A stretch of 64,000 bases of DNA, from assembly GCA_030605415.1 (NCBI GenBank), contig JAUWIJ010000001.1:568-64567 (forward strand), read 5' to 3'. Positions 19,085 through 29,224 of this stretch are shown here, one piece after another. The DNA comes from an archaeon. Lineage in GTDB: Archaea > Nanobdellota > Nanobdellia > Pacearchaeales > GW2011-AR1. A program made the translations under genes and the position numbers. The notes under the pieces were generated by a model. It saw only the letters and a program-made list of their open reading frames with translations, made no database searches and was not told the origin of the DNA. Position 1 is the first letter of the stretch. The number at the start of each line of letters is the position of its first letter.

Positions 19085-19492
19085 ATGAGTTATAGGTTTT
19101 TGGAACATATGGCCGATGTGAAGTTTCGGGCTGAGGGTCCAACAATTGAAAAAGCATTTATTTCGGCGGCCGATGCGTTAAATGAGACGATTCGGGGAGA
19201 TATTAAAATTTTAGAACAGCAGGAAAAAAGTTTTGAGATTGAGGGCAAAGATGCGGAAAGTTTGCTATACAATTTTTTAGAAGAATTTTTATTTTTATTG
19301 GACGCTGAAGATTTTTTGACTGCAAGAATAAAGTCGATTTCAATTAAGCAAAATAAGTTAAGTTGCATTATTGTCGGCGATAATGCAGAACACTACAAAT
19401 TCACAAACGACGTAAAGGCAGTGACCTATAACGATATGTTTGTCCGCGAAGAAAATGGGAAGTTTATTTGTCAGGTTGTCTTGGATGTATAG
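19085..19492 (+). CDS. Archease
   Basis: YRFLEHMADV, LLYNFLEE, VKAVTY, VLDV; near rtcB. Confidence 0.92.
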   Translation: MSYRFLEHMADVKFRAEGPTIEKAFISAADALNETIRGDIKILEQQEKSFEIEGKDAESLLYNFLEEFLFLLDAEDFLTARIKSISIKQNKLSCIIVGDNAEHYKFTNDVKAVTYNDMFVREENGKFICQVVLDV

Positions 19493-19709
19493 GTTAGGTG
19501 TTTGGGGTTCGGAGCGGGGGGGACTACTAACTCCTAACTACCAACTTCTAACTACCAACTGGAGAGGGGGGAAATATTTATAAACAAGTCATTCTTAATA
19601 TATTCAGAAAATGGTGAAAAAAATTCAGATTAACATGTCGAACAAATCGTTTTATTCTTTGATTGTGTTTGGGGTTTTGATTTTGGCAGGCATTGGAGTT
19701 TACGCTTAT
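19491..19709 (+). repeat. Heptamer inverted repeat plus promoter/signal cassette copy 2
   Basis: 19543-19709 matches 12495-12661. Confidence 0.9.
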
Positions 19710-20108
19710 GGGACTTCTAACCCTGCTGTTTTTGGGCATAGTGCTGGAGAGATTGAAGGTTTAGGAGAATTATTAATTCCTTCTGGGGCTGTGATGGCGT
19801 TTAATTTAGCAAGTTGCCCGTCTGGCTGGAGTACATATGCTTCTGCAAAAGATAGAGTTATTGTTGGTTCAGGAAGTTCATATTCTCTTGGTAAAAAAGG
19901 CGGAGCAAAAACACATACATTGACAATTGCTGAGATGCCGAAGCATAGACATGCATATACAAATGCAGGAAATTTTGGAGGGGGAGGGAAACATTATCCC
20001 TCTGGATATAGTCCTCAGGAAATGACTTACACTGATTATGTAGGTGGCAACCAACCTCACAACAATATGCAACCATATATTGCACTTTTATATTGTCAGA
20101 AAAATTAA
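19611..20108 (+). CDS. Anchored protein with a phage tail-collar/short-fibre-like domain
   Basis: IPSGAVMAF...CPSGW...GGAKTHTLTIAEMPKHRH...HNNMQPYIAL. Confidence 0.75.
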   Translation: MVKKIQINMSNKSFYSLIVFGVLILAGIGVYAYGTSNPAVFGHSAGEIEGLGELLIPSGAVMAFNLASCPSGWSTYASAKDRVIVGSGSSYSLGKKGGAKTHTLTIAEMPKHRHAYTNAGNFGGGGKHYPSGYSPQEMTYTDYVGGNQPHNNMQPYIALLYCQKN

Positions 20109-20267
20109 AATTTTTTCCTGAAAAATCGGGAATAAATCTTGAAATCATTTTAGAAATATAATATTTCTCAAATTAATAAAAACTATTTTTTATAAAGGGT
20201 ATTATTGATTTAGGGAACAGAATAAACAGAACAGAAGATTTATTAATTTGAGAAGTATCTTTTTATA

Positions 20268-21782
20268 ATGAAATTAAAAAAAATTAGCAATGTCGAATGG
20301 GAAATTCCTATCGAGGGCAAAATGAATGTTCCGGGAAGAATTTTTGCCAGCGAGGAAATGGTTAAAAATTTTGACGATAAGTGCTTAGAGCAAGTGAAAA
20401 ATGTTGCGAAATTGCCCGGGATTCTGAAAGCAAGTTATGCTATGCCAGATATGCATTTGGGCTACGGTTTTCCAATCGGCGGAGTCGCTGCGTTTGACAT
20501 TGACAAAGGTGTAATTAGTCCGGGTGGCGTCGGCTATGACATTAATTGTTCTGTGCGTTTATTGAAAACGAATTTGAAAGCGGAGGATTTAGTTGGTAAA
20601 GAAAAAGAGTTGGCACATTCGTTGTTTCGCACGGTGCCGTCGGGAATTGGTAGAAAAGGTAAAATTTTATTAGATGCTAAAGAACTAGATGAAGTTCTAA
20701 TCGGCGGGGCACAATGGGCTGTTAAAAAAGGTTATGGACAGAAAGAAGATTGTTTGCATATTGAAGAAGAGGGAAAAATGGAAGGAGCAAATCCGTCGGC
20801 AGTGTCGCAGAGAGCGAAAGGCAGAGGAATGTCTCAACTGGGTTCTCTCGGCGCAGGGAATCATTTTTTGGATGTATTAATTGTTGATGAGATTTTTGAT
20901 GAAAAAGTTGCAAAAGTTTTTGGTCTGGAAATTGGACAGATTGTGATTTTAATTCATTGCGGTTCGAGAGGGCTCGGACATCAGGTCGCGTCAGATTATA
21001 TTAAATTGATGGAAAATAAATATGGTTATCCGGATTTTGACAGAGAGTTAGTAAACGCGCCGATTAAGTCCGAACTCGGACAGAAATATCTGGGAGCGAT
21101 GGCGGCCGCGGCGAACTTTGCATTCGCAAACAAACAAATAATTACTCATTTCGTCCGCGAAAATATGAAACATTATTTTCCAAATTTTAAAGCAGACGTC
21201 GTCTACGATATCTGTCATAACATTGCGAAATTTGAGAAGCACGACGTAGGAACGAAGAACTCAAAACTCAGAGGGTTAGGTGTTAGGAGTTTGGGGTTAG
21301 GGGAGACTACCAACTACCAACTACCAACTATCAACTACCGACATCCGACATCCGACATCCGAAAACAAACGGTTCTCATCATGAGAAAGGGAGCGACCCG
21401 AAGTTTTGGTCCGGGCAGAGAAGAAATCCCAGAAGATTACAGAGAGGTTGGTCAGCCAGTTTTACTACCAGGCTCGATGGGAACACCAAGTTATGTTTTA
21501 TGCGGAACCAAAAAAGCAGAGGAAATTTCTTGGGGCTCGACGGCACACGGAGCAGGTCGGGTCAAAAGCAGAACTCAGGCGCATAGAGATATGAGTTTCA
21601 ACGACGCCAAAAAAGATATGGAAAAGCGGGGCGTGTTTGTTGAGTTCGGAGGACAAAAGGGTTTGGTAGAAGAATCACCATTTTCATACAAAGATGTCGA
21701 CGAGGTTGTCCGAATTTCTGACGAAGCAGGAATTGGAAAGAAAGTTGCGAAGCTGAAACCGGTTATTGTCATAATAGGATAA
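20268..21782 (+). CDS. rtcB: RNA ligase RtcB with an in-frame repeat insertion
   Basis: PDMHLGYGFPIGG, GYDINC, GNHF, HCGSRG, HNIAK, KGAT, HGAGR. Confidence 0.95.
   Translation: MKLKKISNVEWEIPIEGKMNVPGRIFASEEMVKNFDDKCLEQVKNVAKLPGILKASYAMPDMHLGYGFPIGGVAAFDIDKGVISPGGVGYDINCSVRLLKTNLKAEDLVGKEKELAHSLFRTVPSGIGRKGKILLDAKELDEVLIGGAQWAVKKGYGQKEDCLHIEEEGKMEGANPSAVSQRAKGRGMSQLGSLGAGNHFLDVLIVDEIFDEKVAKVFGLEIGQIVILIHCGSRGLGHQVASDYIKLMENKYGYPDFDRELVNAPIKSELGQKYLGAMAAAANFAFANKQIITHFVRENMKHYFPNFKADVVYDICHNIAKFEKHDVGTKNSKLRGLGVRSLGLGETTNYQLPTINYRHPTSDIRKQTVLIMRKGATRSFGPGREEIPEDYREVGQPVLLPGSMGTPSYVLCGTKKAEEISWGSTAHGAGRVKSRTQAHRDMSFNDAKKDMEKRGVFVEFGGQKGLVEESPFSYKDVDEVVRISDEAGIGKKVAKLKPVIVIIG
21248..21362 (+). 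repeat. Heptamer repeat insert in rtcB (GGGTTAG / CAACTAC / CCGACAT)
   Basis: Tandem heptamers between HNIAKFEKH and RKGAT. Confidence 0.85.
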
Positions 21783-21818
21783 GATTATAAACCTGTTTTT
21801 CTATTGAAATAAAATAAG

Positions 21819-23795
21819 ATGGAATCAAAAAAGAGGACATTAATTATAATATGTTTATTCTTAGTTGTATTTTCTTTAAGTATTATTAACGCAAAAAGTT
21901 GTGATGTCCAGAGTTCATGTAATACAGCCAATACAGTAATGAAATTATCTTCTACATCGAATGCCCATGGTGCGTTATATAATCAGGGAAATCATAATAA
22001 TTTTTTATGTTGTGATTTTTCCGGGACACATAGCAATAATGGAGATAATAAAATAATTGGATTATCTTCTACAGCAAATGCACATGCAGAAATACCGACA
22101 CTGAGTAATTACGGAACAGGTGTTTATTTTGGCGATTTAAAATGTAGTAGTAAAAGTGGCAGTTGTCCTACTGGTTATAATATTCCGATGATTTCTTTAT
22201 CTTCCACGACAAATGCTCATGTTGCAAGTTTTAATAGTTATCCTGTAAAAATTTGTTGTTGTGCCCCTGGCGAATGGGAATGGACAGGTAACTACCGATG
22301 TGTTGGAGATATAAGACAGGGAGAGCAGCGTAGAACTCTTTGTCCTTCGGGTTACGAATATCAGTGGGTTGATTCTGCCTGCTCTTCGGGACAAAGATGT
22401 ATCGGAGCTGGGCAATGTGTTGATAATTGCATATTTACAAGCGCTTCATGGAGTAAGAGTTCAGCGGTTGAAGGAGACAGCATCCAGATGATTTTAGAAG
22501 GAACTAATTGTAATGGAAAATCAGTGAGTTTTGAAATTTATGAAGACGATTTAGTGGGAGATGATTACATGACAACAATAAGCGGGGTATTTGACAGAGG
22601 AACATGGACTGCTGAATGGGTAGAAGATGTAAGTAGTGACCCTGAATATTATTTTATAGCGATACTGGATGCTTATACTGCTGTAACAAAACAAAGTGGA
22701 TTATTAACAGTAACTACTGCATGCGGTAACGGTGTCATAACTGGAACTGAAATATGTGATGATGGAACAAACAATGGAGAGTATGGTTATTGCAAAGATG
22801 ATTGTAACGGGATGGGACCCTACATGGGAGATGGTATAATTAATGGACCCGAAGAGTGTGATGATGGGAATCAGGATAATAATGATGGATGTTCGAGTAT
22901 AGGATTATTAGAAACAGAAGTTTATTGGATGGATATGGATGGTAATAGAGTTAACGAAGCAGATTTTGGAGATACAATTCGGATGATTATAACTTGGGCG
23001 GAGTCAGGAACTTTTGAAATTAAAGAAAATAACTTATTATTTGATGATAAAATTAAAATCATAGAAGGTGTTTCTATTGAAAACGATGTCGTCGCTGAAT
23101 GGACAATAACACAGGAAGACATGGACAAGGCAGATGATTATGACGAATTTTATTTTAAAGTCGATGGAGGGGAAAAGAGTGAGTATTTAAAAATTAATCT
23201 AAGGAGAAATGATGACCCAACGAATATTACAATCATATCTCCTGAATGCGGCTCGTATTTTGATGAGAGCACAGAAGTTATTATTAATATTAATGTTGAT
23301 GATGCTGATGACGTGATTGCTGGAACTATTAGTATTGACGGAAGCCAGGTAAAGACATTCAGCAATGACGGTGCGAGTTTTAGTAGAATTTTTGATTCAT
23401 CTGGCAATTTTCAGATTGTTGTTGAAACTATTAGCGACAGAGGTGGAAGAGCCAGGTCAATTTCTAATATTATGGTTTTAAATAAAGAATCTGGAAGTTA
23501 TGTCGATGGTAAATATGTCGCGGCATGTATTACGAAACCTAAAGATTTCAGTTATATTGATGGTGGTGAGGTTGAATTTGATGCTTCGGCTACTCGAGCT
23601 GTGAGGATTACTAATAAAGTTCTTGATTTACTTGTACCTGACGAGGGTGATATTTTCAGTTGGTATTGGAAATTTCTACCCGAAGAAGTTGTAAGGAAAT
23701 TTGTTAATAGTTCCGACCTCTTAGCATATAAATTTACTGCAGAGTTCCCTATCGCCGGAGATAATTCAGCGACTCTGAGGGTTGAGATTAATTAA
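21819..23795 (+). CDS. Secreted Cys-rich surface protein (3x SxxNAH repeat, Myxococcus-type Cys repeats, Ig-like C-terminus)
   Basis: Signal peptide; CGNGVITGTEICDDG, EECDDGN; C-terminal half paralogous to the next gene. Confidence 0.7.
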   Translation: MESKKRTLIIICLFLVVFSLSIINAKSCDVQSSCNTANTVMKLSSTSNAHGALYNQGNHNNFLCCDFSGTHSNNGDNKIIGLSSTANAHAEIPTLSNYGTGVYFGDLKCSSKSGSCPTGYNIPMISLSSTTNAHVASFNSYPVKICCCAPGEWEWTGNYRCVGDIRQGEQRRTLCPSGYEYQWVDSACSSGQRCIGAGQCVDNCIFTSASWSKSSAVEGDSIQMILEGTNCNGKSVSFEIYEDDLVGDDYMTTISGVFDRGTWTAEWVEDVSSDPEYYFIAILDAYTAVTKQSGLLTVTTACGNGVITGTEICDDGTNNGEYGYCKDDCNGMGPYMGDGIINGPEECDDGNQDNNDGCSSIGLLETEVYWMDMDGNRVNEADFGDTIRMIITWAESGTFEIKENNLLFDDKIKIIEGVSIENDVVAEWTITQEDMDKADDYDEFYFKVDGGEKSEYLKINLRRNDDPTNITIISPECGSYFDESTEVIININVDDADDVIAGTISIDGSQVKTFSNDGASFSRIFDSSGNFQIVVETISDRGGRARSISNIMVLNKESGSYVDGKYVAACITKPKDFSYIDGGEVEFDASATRAVRITNKVLDLLVPDEGDIFSWYWKFLPEEVVRKFVNSSDLLAYKFTAEFPIAGDNSATLRVEIN

Positions 23796-23839
23796 TTTGA
23801 TTAAGTAAAGTTTAAATAGTATAATATTATTAATAAATT

Positions 23840-25201
23840 ATGAAAAAAGAATTGGTGGCTGGATTCGTTTTAATTTTACTCGGTAGTTTTGTAGTTATTG
23901 CCGGAACGTGCGACGACGATCAGACAATTATGAGATTATATAGTGCTTCAAATTCGCATGTTTCTTTCTGGAATGAAGATACCGCAGATTATACGGTAGA
24001 GATTTGCTTTGATGAAATTTTCGGTTCAACATATACCGGAGCAAACCCGCATGATTGCACCGGAGAAAATAAAGTTTTAAGTTTATTTGATGTAGAGAAT
24101 TCTCATGCATCGAGCACAGCCGATAGTAACTATAATAATGAAGTTTGTTATGGACGTTTAAAATGCGTTTACGATAGTAGTGATAATGATGAATGTTCAA
24201 ATGACGGGAAAATCGTAGCGAGAATGTACAGCGAATACAATACTCATGTTTCGGTTGCATCAGATACAAATTATGACGTGAAAGTTTGCTGTAAAGCATC
24301 GGAAGCTTATTGGGCAAACATGAATGGCGATAGAATTACCGAAGCAGATTTTGGCGATACGGTTAAATTAGTTTTGACAGGTACTTCTGATATTCATGAT
24401 TTTGAAATTTTCGAAGAAGACGATGGAATAATAGGATTCCTTACTGGCGGTGACGATTCAATTAAAACTGTGACAGGAAGCGCAACTGACGGTAATCTTA
24501 TTACCAAATGGACGATAACACAAGAAGATTTAGACAAGACAAATGATTATGATAATTTTAGGTTTATGGCTAATGGCGAGATAAGCAAAGATTTGAAAAT
24601 CAATTTAAATGGTGATGATAGCGAAATGGATGTTACAATTTCATCTCCAAAATGTGGCTCGCATTTTGATGAGGGTACAGAAATTACTATTACCGTTGAT
24701 GCTAATGACGCTGACGATGCAATTGAAGGAACCATTACTATTGACGGAGATGTCGTAAAAACGTTTAGCAACGGAGGCATTACCTTTAATAAAATTTTCA
24801 GTTCATCAGGCAATTCCCAAATTGTTGTCGAAGCGGTTAACAGCAGAGGAAAAAATGTTAGAGCAATTTCTAATATTATGGTTTTGGATAAGGAAGCTGG
24901 AAGTTATGTTGATGGTAAATATGTCGCGGCATGTATTGCAAAACCTAAAGATTATAGTAACATTGACGGAAGCGTAGTTGAGTTTGATGCTTCGACCACT
25001 AGAGCCATAAAAGTTGTTAACGGAGTTCTTGATTTGCTTGTGCCCGACGAGGGTGATGTTTTTAGCTGGTATTGGAAATTTATGCCAGAAAACATAGTCA
25101 GAGAGTTTATTCAGAGTTCCGAATCTATTGCATACAAATTTACCGCAGAGTTTCCTATTGCCGGAGATAATTCAGCGACGCTAAGAGTTGAAATAGATTA
25201 A
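23840..25201 (+). CDS. Secreted Cys-rich surface protein, paralog of the preceding gene
   Basis: Shared EADFGDT...KFTAEFPIAGDNSATLRVEI region; 3x NxH repeats. Confidence 0.7.
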   Translation: MKKELVAGFVLILLGSFVVIAGTCDDDQTIMRLYSASNSHVSFWNEDTADYTVEICFDEIFGSTYTGANPHDCTGENKVLSLFDVENSHASSTADSNYNNEVCYGRLKCVYDSSDNDECSNDGKIVARMYSEYNTHVSVASDTNYDVKVCCKASEAYWANMNGDRITEADFGDTVKLVLTGTSDIHDFEIFEEDDGIIGFLTGGDDSIKTVTGSATDGNLITKWTITQEDLDKTNDYDNFRFMANGEISKDLKINLNGDDSEMDVTISSPKCGSHFDEGTEITITVDANDADDAIEGTITIDGDVVKTFSNGGITFNKIFSSSGNSQIVVEAVNSRGKNVRAISNIMVLDKEAGSYVDGKYVAACIAKPKDYSNIDGSVVEFDASTTRAIKVVNGVLDLLVPDEGDVFSWYWKFMPENIVREFIQSSESIAYKFTAEFPIAGDNSATLRVEID

Positions 25202-25256
25202 TTTGATTAAGTAAAGTTTAACGCAATATTTATAAAGAACTGATTTATGTAATTAT

Positions 25257-26219
25257 ATGAAGTGGTTGATATTAATTTTGTTAGGAATTTTTTTATTTAG
25301 TTTTGTCAGTGCAGATGGTTCATCAGAAACACAAACTGATTTTAATATTCAAGGATGTACTTTTGATTTTAATAGTGAGTTAATCGGGGTTGTAGCTGGT
25401 GAATGTTCAAGAGGAGATGCCGAGGGGCATTTTTATTGTGATGATGATAAATTCGGCTGGATTACCACAGAAGAAGGAAGAGGATGTTCATTGGGAGAGG
25501 AGACTTATACTCTTGGAGATAATTTTTGTTGTCCATCCGGGATGTTTTGTAATAAGACTGGAGACAAACTGTTTAGATGTGACCGTAGAATCGAGAATTG
25601 TTTTAATATGACAACCAAACCGGATTGTGAAGCAATAGGTTGCATTTGGTTTAATGATATTTGCGTAGAAAATGTAAGAGATTTTGATTGTGGAATTTAT
25701 GATAATAAACCAGATTGTGACGAGGATATTTGGAACCTTGGACAAACAGGCATAGGAACAGAGTTCTGCGGAACAACTATAGAATGTAATAACGGAACGA
25801 TTTATACAATTTCCGAGGACGAATGTGGATGCGAATGGTATCCAAGTGCCCCCGAAGATAAACGTTGTCAGGTTAAATTAGTAGGAGTGCAAATGTTTTC
25901 TGACGATATTGATACCAGAGATGAATTTTGGTGCTCAAATGTTTATGAATCTGGAGAATGTATTGACGGTGAACAAAATATAACATGGTATTCGACCAGT
26001 TCTGCAGACCAAGGTTTTGATACATTTGGTGGCATTGTCCCTGATGATTGCTTAGGTATATTAGGATGCAACGGAGGAGAGACGACGAGGTTTTGCGGGG
26101 AGCCAATAATTAAGTTGTCCGGATTTAGTCTGTTTAGTTTATTTGCTTCTTTATTCATTGTAGGAATATATTATTTTTTAAGTCAGAATGCGGAAGGTTT
26201 AAATAAGAGAATGCATTAA
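25257..26219 (+). CDS. Cys-rich secreted protein with a C-terminal TM anchor
   Basis: Signal peptide, more than 25 Cys, C-terminal hydrophobic helix. Confidence 0.65.
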   Translation: MKWLILILLGIFLFSFVSADGSSETQTDFNIQGCTFDFNSELIGVVAGECSRGDAEGHFYCDDDKFGWITTEEGRGCSLGEETYTLGDNFCCPSGMFCNKTGDKLFRCDRRIENCFNMTTKPDCEAIGCIWFNDICVENVRDFDCGIYDNKPDCDEDIWNLGQTGIGTEFCGTTIECNNGTIYTISEDECGCEWYPSAPEDKRCQVKLVGVQMFSDDIDTRDEFWCSNVYESGECIDGEQNITWYSTSSADQGFDTFGGIVPDDCLGILGCNGGETTRFCGEPIIKLSGFSLFSLFASLFIVGIYYFLSQNAEGLNKRMH

Positions 26220-26226
26220 AATAATT

Positions 26227-26514
26227 ATGAAAGAGGCAATTTGGAGTTTGTTATTGATTGTTGTTTTGTCTAGTTTGGTGATGGCAGGATCTGAAATCAA
26301 TACAAATTTTATCATTGGAGAAAAGGAAGTTGTTATTGAGAATTATATTCCTAACGGAAGTTTCTGGAATAATTACAGTAATTATATAATCGCAGTTCTG
26401 GTCATTTTCGTTATCGGTTATTTTGTATTGAAAATAAAAGACAAAAAGTTACATAAGAGCAAGAAGATTTCTAAGAAGCAAATTAAGAAAAAAAGTAATT
26501 TGAAATGTTTATAA
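26227..26514 (+). CDS. Small membrane protein
   Basis: Signal peptide, TM helix, Lys-rich tail. Confidence 0.6.
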   Translation: MKEAIWSLLLIVVLSSLVMAGSEINTNFIIGEKEVVIENYIPNGSFWNNYSNYIIAVLVIFVIGYFVLKIKDKKLHKSKKISKKQIKKKSNLKCL

Positions 26515-26536
26515 ACTATTGTTGCTAATTTATTTT

Positions 26537-29224
26537 ATGAGAAAGTGGTTGATATTTTCATTTTTAATTTGCGCTTTGATTAGTGCCGTTTCAGCATCGG
26601 TGACCGTGCACAATTATAGTGTTGTTGACACCTACTCTCCGTTTGAACTAATTAAAGGCGAAATTAATTTAACAATTTCCGAAGAGGAATATGATGCGAA
26701 AATATTTTCTAACGATGGAGACGAAATTGGACTTGGGAATTTTCTGTATACGAGCGGAATGATTTTTGAATGTTCGCCACCAGATTGCTCTAAAGATTAT
26801 AATTTTTCTACAGGAACTAAAGACAAAAGTTTTAGCGTTCCCGTTGCGGGGACGAAGTATATAGGCTTTGTCGTGGATGGAGAAAATGTCGTTGTGGATA
26901 GTTTAAATTTCAAAATGGGGAGTGATTTTATGGAGAGTGCAAGACGACCACTAACCATTGAATTTTTTGAAAAAGAAGAATGGAAATTTAATGAATTTTC
27001 TGATTCGTTTTTACCGAAAAACTGGGGATGTTATAGTCAAATTGATGGAGCCCAAGGCTCTTTAATTGGCAATTCGTTTTACTGCGAGATGATTTCAATT
27101 TCGGATAGTGGAAAATTATATATTGGGGCAAATATCGGCGGGACAGATACAGTAAAATTAGACATGATAGTTTATCCAGAAAGCGGAATGGGCGCTTCTT
27201 GGGAATGCAATTTCGACCCTAATTCAGAGGAAGGTTGCTTAATCACTCCCGATATCGGCGAAATTTTTTCAGCAGGGGATTATCAGGTTTGTGTAGGTTC
27301 GGACACATTGACCGGTTATAAAATTTATCAGGAAAATGTCGGAGATAACTGTGGGTTCAATTACGTTTCAGGACCAGGAGGAAGCACAAAAGATTACGCG
27401 ATTTTTGCCCAAACTACGAAATATGCAAGTGCGGATTCTTTCAATATAGACGACTTCGACAAAGAGGACATCATCACTGCGGCTAATACACTCATCACGG
27501 AGAGATATGGAGGAGATTGCTCCGATGGATGCATTTTGCCGCTATCATTCTCTGGGGTGTCCCAAAATGCCCGAATTTATGATATGCAGTTGGCATACAC
27601 AAGAGATTTGGAATGGTACTCTACAAATGACATTTATGATTTAGATATTACCCCCGTCAAAATTGATTTCAGCGGAGTCCTCGATTTAAGCACACTTGGC
27701 TTTAGCGTTTCTAAAACTATGGACTACATCGTTTCACTTAATGGGACAAATCTTTTCGAAGAAAGTATAAATATTTTACCCGCGCCAATTATCCTACTAA
27801 TTTTACCCTTAAATCCCCCTGCAGGAGTGCCGATTGAGTTTTATGCTGGAGTTGACTTTGGCGGAAACAATTCGTTAAATTATAAATGGGATTTTGGAGA
27901 CGAAAAAACTACTACAACAAATGTGCCGTTTGCTTTTCATACTTATGCCGATTTGAAAAACTATACATTAACTCTCGAGGTTAGTGCAGGCGGAAATTTA
28001 ACTTCTAAGAAAACTTTTAATATTGAAACAATTAGTCCTGAAACAGCGATTAATACGAGTTTGACCCTTAAGAAAAATGCCTTAGAAAAAGTTATGTCCA
28101 GTATCGAGAATTTCCCTTTTTGGTATAGTGAAGCATTGTCAAAAGTTATTAATGTAGCTTTTTTCAAAAGTGAGTTAGATAGATTAGACAGGGCGAGAAA
28201 TAATTCTTTTAATGAGCAGGATTTTATTAAAATTGCCGAAGAACTTTATGCCTTGAATGTTCCGACCAGACTTAATATCAACAGTTTTGAAGTTCCTTAC
28301 TTAATGACAGAGTTGAAAGATATTAATATTAATCCCATCGAGATAATCAGCGGAAGCGTCAGCGAAAGCAACGACGACGATTATGCAAATTCTATTTTAA
28401 ACTGGCAGAATACTAACATTAATACTAATTATGTAATGAAAGAATTTACGATTTCGTTGTGGAACGGAGAAGATAGTCCGGTTTTTACAGTGTATAGTTT
28501 TAACGTCAACTCGAAGAGCGATAGAGAAAGTTACTTTGTAATTAATCGACCATTCAGCGAGCTGTATTTCAAAGAAGATGTAGAGGCAAGGAAAGCAGGA
28601 GATTCGACGATTATTATTTTGGCCCCGGAAGATAAAAAAACATTTGAATTTTATTACAAAAGCACCGAACCGACATCGTTTTTTGTTTCTCCAAAATTAA
28701 GTTCGATAGTTATTGATGCCGATATTGATACAACTTGCAATTATAATTTAGTTTGTGAAAAAGAATTTGGCGAAAATTCCGAGAATTGTCGAAACGACTG
28801 CAAACCAGTTAACCGGGCGATTTTCTATATGATTTTATCACTGGTATTTATGTTAATTATTTACGCCATTTTGCAGATTTGGTATAAGCATCGTTACGAA
28901 AAATATTTATTCAAAGACGAGAGACAGCAATACAATCTTTTAATGTACGTGACAAATGCCAGGGCGCGAGGGATGAACGATTCGAGAATTGGTGCGGAAT
29001 TAAGGTCAAAAGGATGGTCAGGCGAAAGAGTAAATTATATCATTAAGAAATCGAGAGGGGACAGAACGGGATTATACGAAATTATTCCATTTGAAAAAGT
29101 TTCGGCTTATTTTAGGAATCGAAAAGCCAGAAAAATTGTGGAAGCAAAAATAAATATCGCTACTGAGAATCGACAACAAATAGGGAGAAACATTAATAAA
29201 TCTAACTTTCAAAGAAGAATATAA
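26537..29224 (+). CDS. Large PKD-domain surface protein
   Basis: YKWDFGD...HTY...YTLTLEV PKD motif; CNYNLVCE..EN..NC..DC; TM plus cytoplasmic tail. Confidence 0.75.
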   Translation: MRKWLIFSFLICALISAVSASVTVHNYSVVDTYSPFELIKGEINLTISEEEYDAKIFSNDGDEIGLGNFLYTSGMIFECSPPDCSKDYNFSTGTKDKSFSVPVAGTKYIGFVVDGENVVVDSLNFKMGSDFMESARRPLTIEFFEKEEWKFNEFSDSFLPKNWGCYSQIDGAQGSLIGNSFYCEMISISDSGKLYIGANIGGTDTVKLDMIVYPESGMGASWECNFDPNSEEGCLITPDIGEIFSAGDYQVCVGSDTLTGYKIYQENVGDNCGFNYVSGPGGSTKDYAIFAQTTKYASADSFNIDDFDKEDIITAANTLITERYGGDCSDGCILPLSFSGVSQNARIYDMQLAYTRDLEWYSTNDIYDLDITPVKIDFSGVLDLSTLGFSVSKTMDYIVSLNGTNLFEESINILPAPIILLILPLNPPAGVPIEFYAGVDFGGNNSLNYKWDFGDEKTTTTNVPFAFHTYADLKNYTLTLEVSAGGNLTSKKTFNIETISPETAINTSLTLKKNALEKVMSSIENFPFWYSEALSKVINVAFFKSELDRLDRARNNSFNEQDFIKIAEELYALNVPTRLNINSFEVPYLMTELKDININPIEIISGSVSESNDDDYANSILNWQNTNINTNYVMKEFTISLWNGEDSPVFTVYSFNVNSKSDRESYFVINRPFSELYFKEDVEARKAGDSTIIILAPEDKKTFEFYYKSTEPTSFFVSPKLSSIVIDADIDTTCNYNLVCEKEFGENSENCRNDCKPVNRAIFYMILSLVFMLIIYAILQIWYKHRYEKYLFKDERQQYNLLMYVTNARARGMNDSRIGAELRSKGWSGERVNYIIKKSRGDRTGLYEIIPFEKVSAYFRNRKARKIVEAKINIATENRQQIGRNINKSNFQRRI

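Noticed and set aside
19611..20108. Prophage, suggested by the tail-collar-like domain
   Set aside because: No capsid, terminase, portal or integrase genes; the protein has a cellular-type membrane anchor
21819..25201. Diversity-generating retroelement TR/VR pair
   Set aside because: Differences between the paralogs are not adenine-specific and no reverse transcriptase is present
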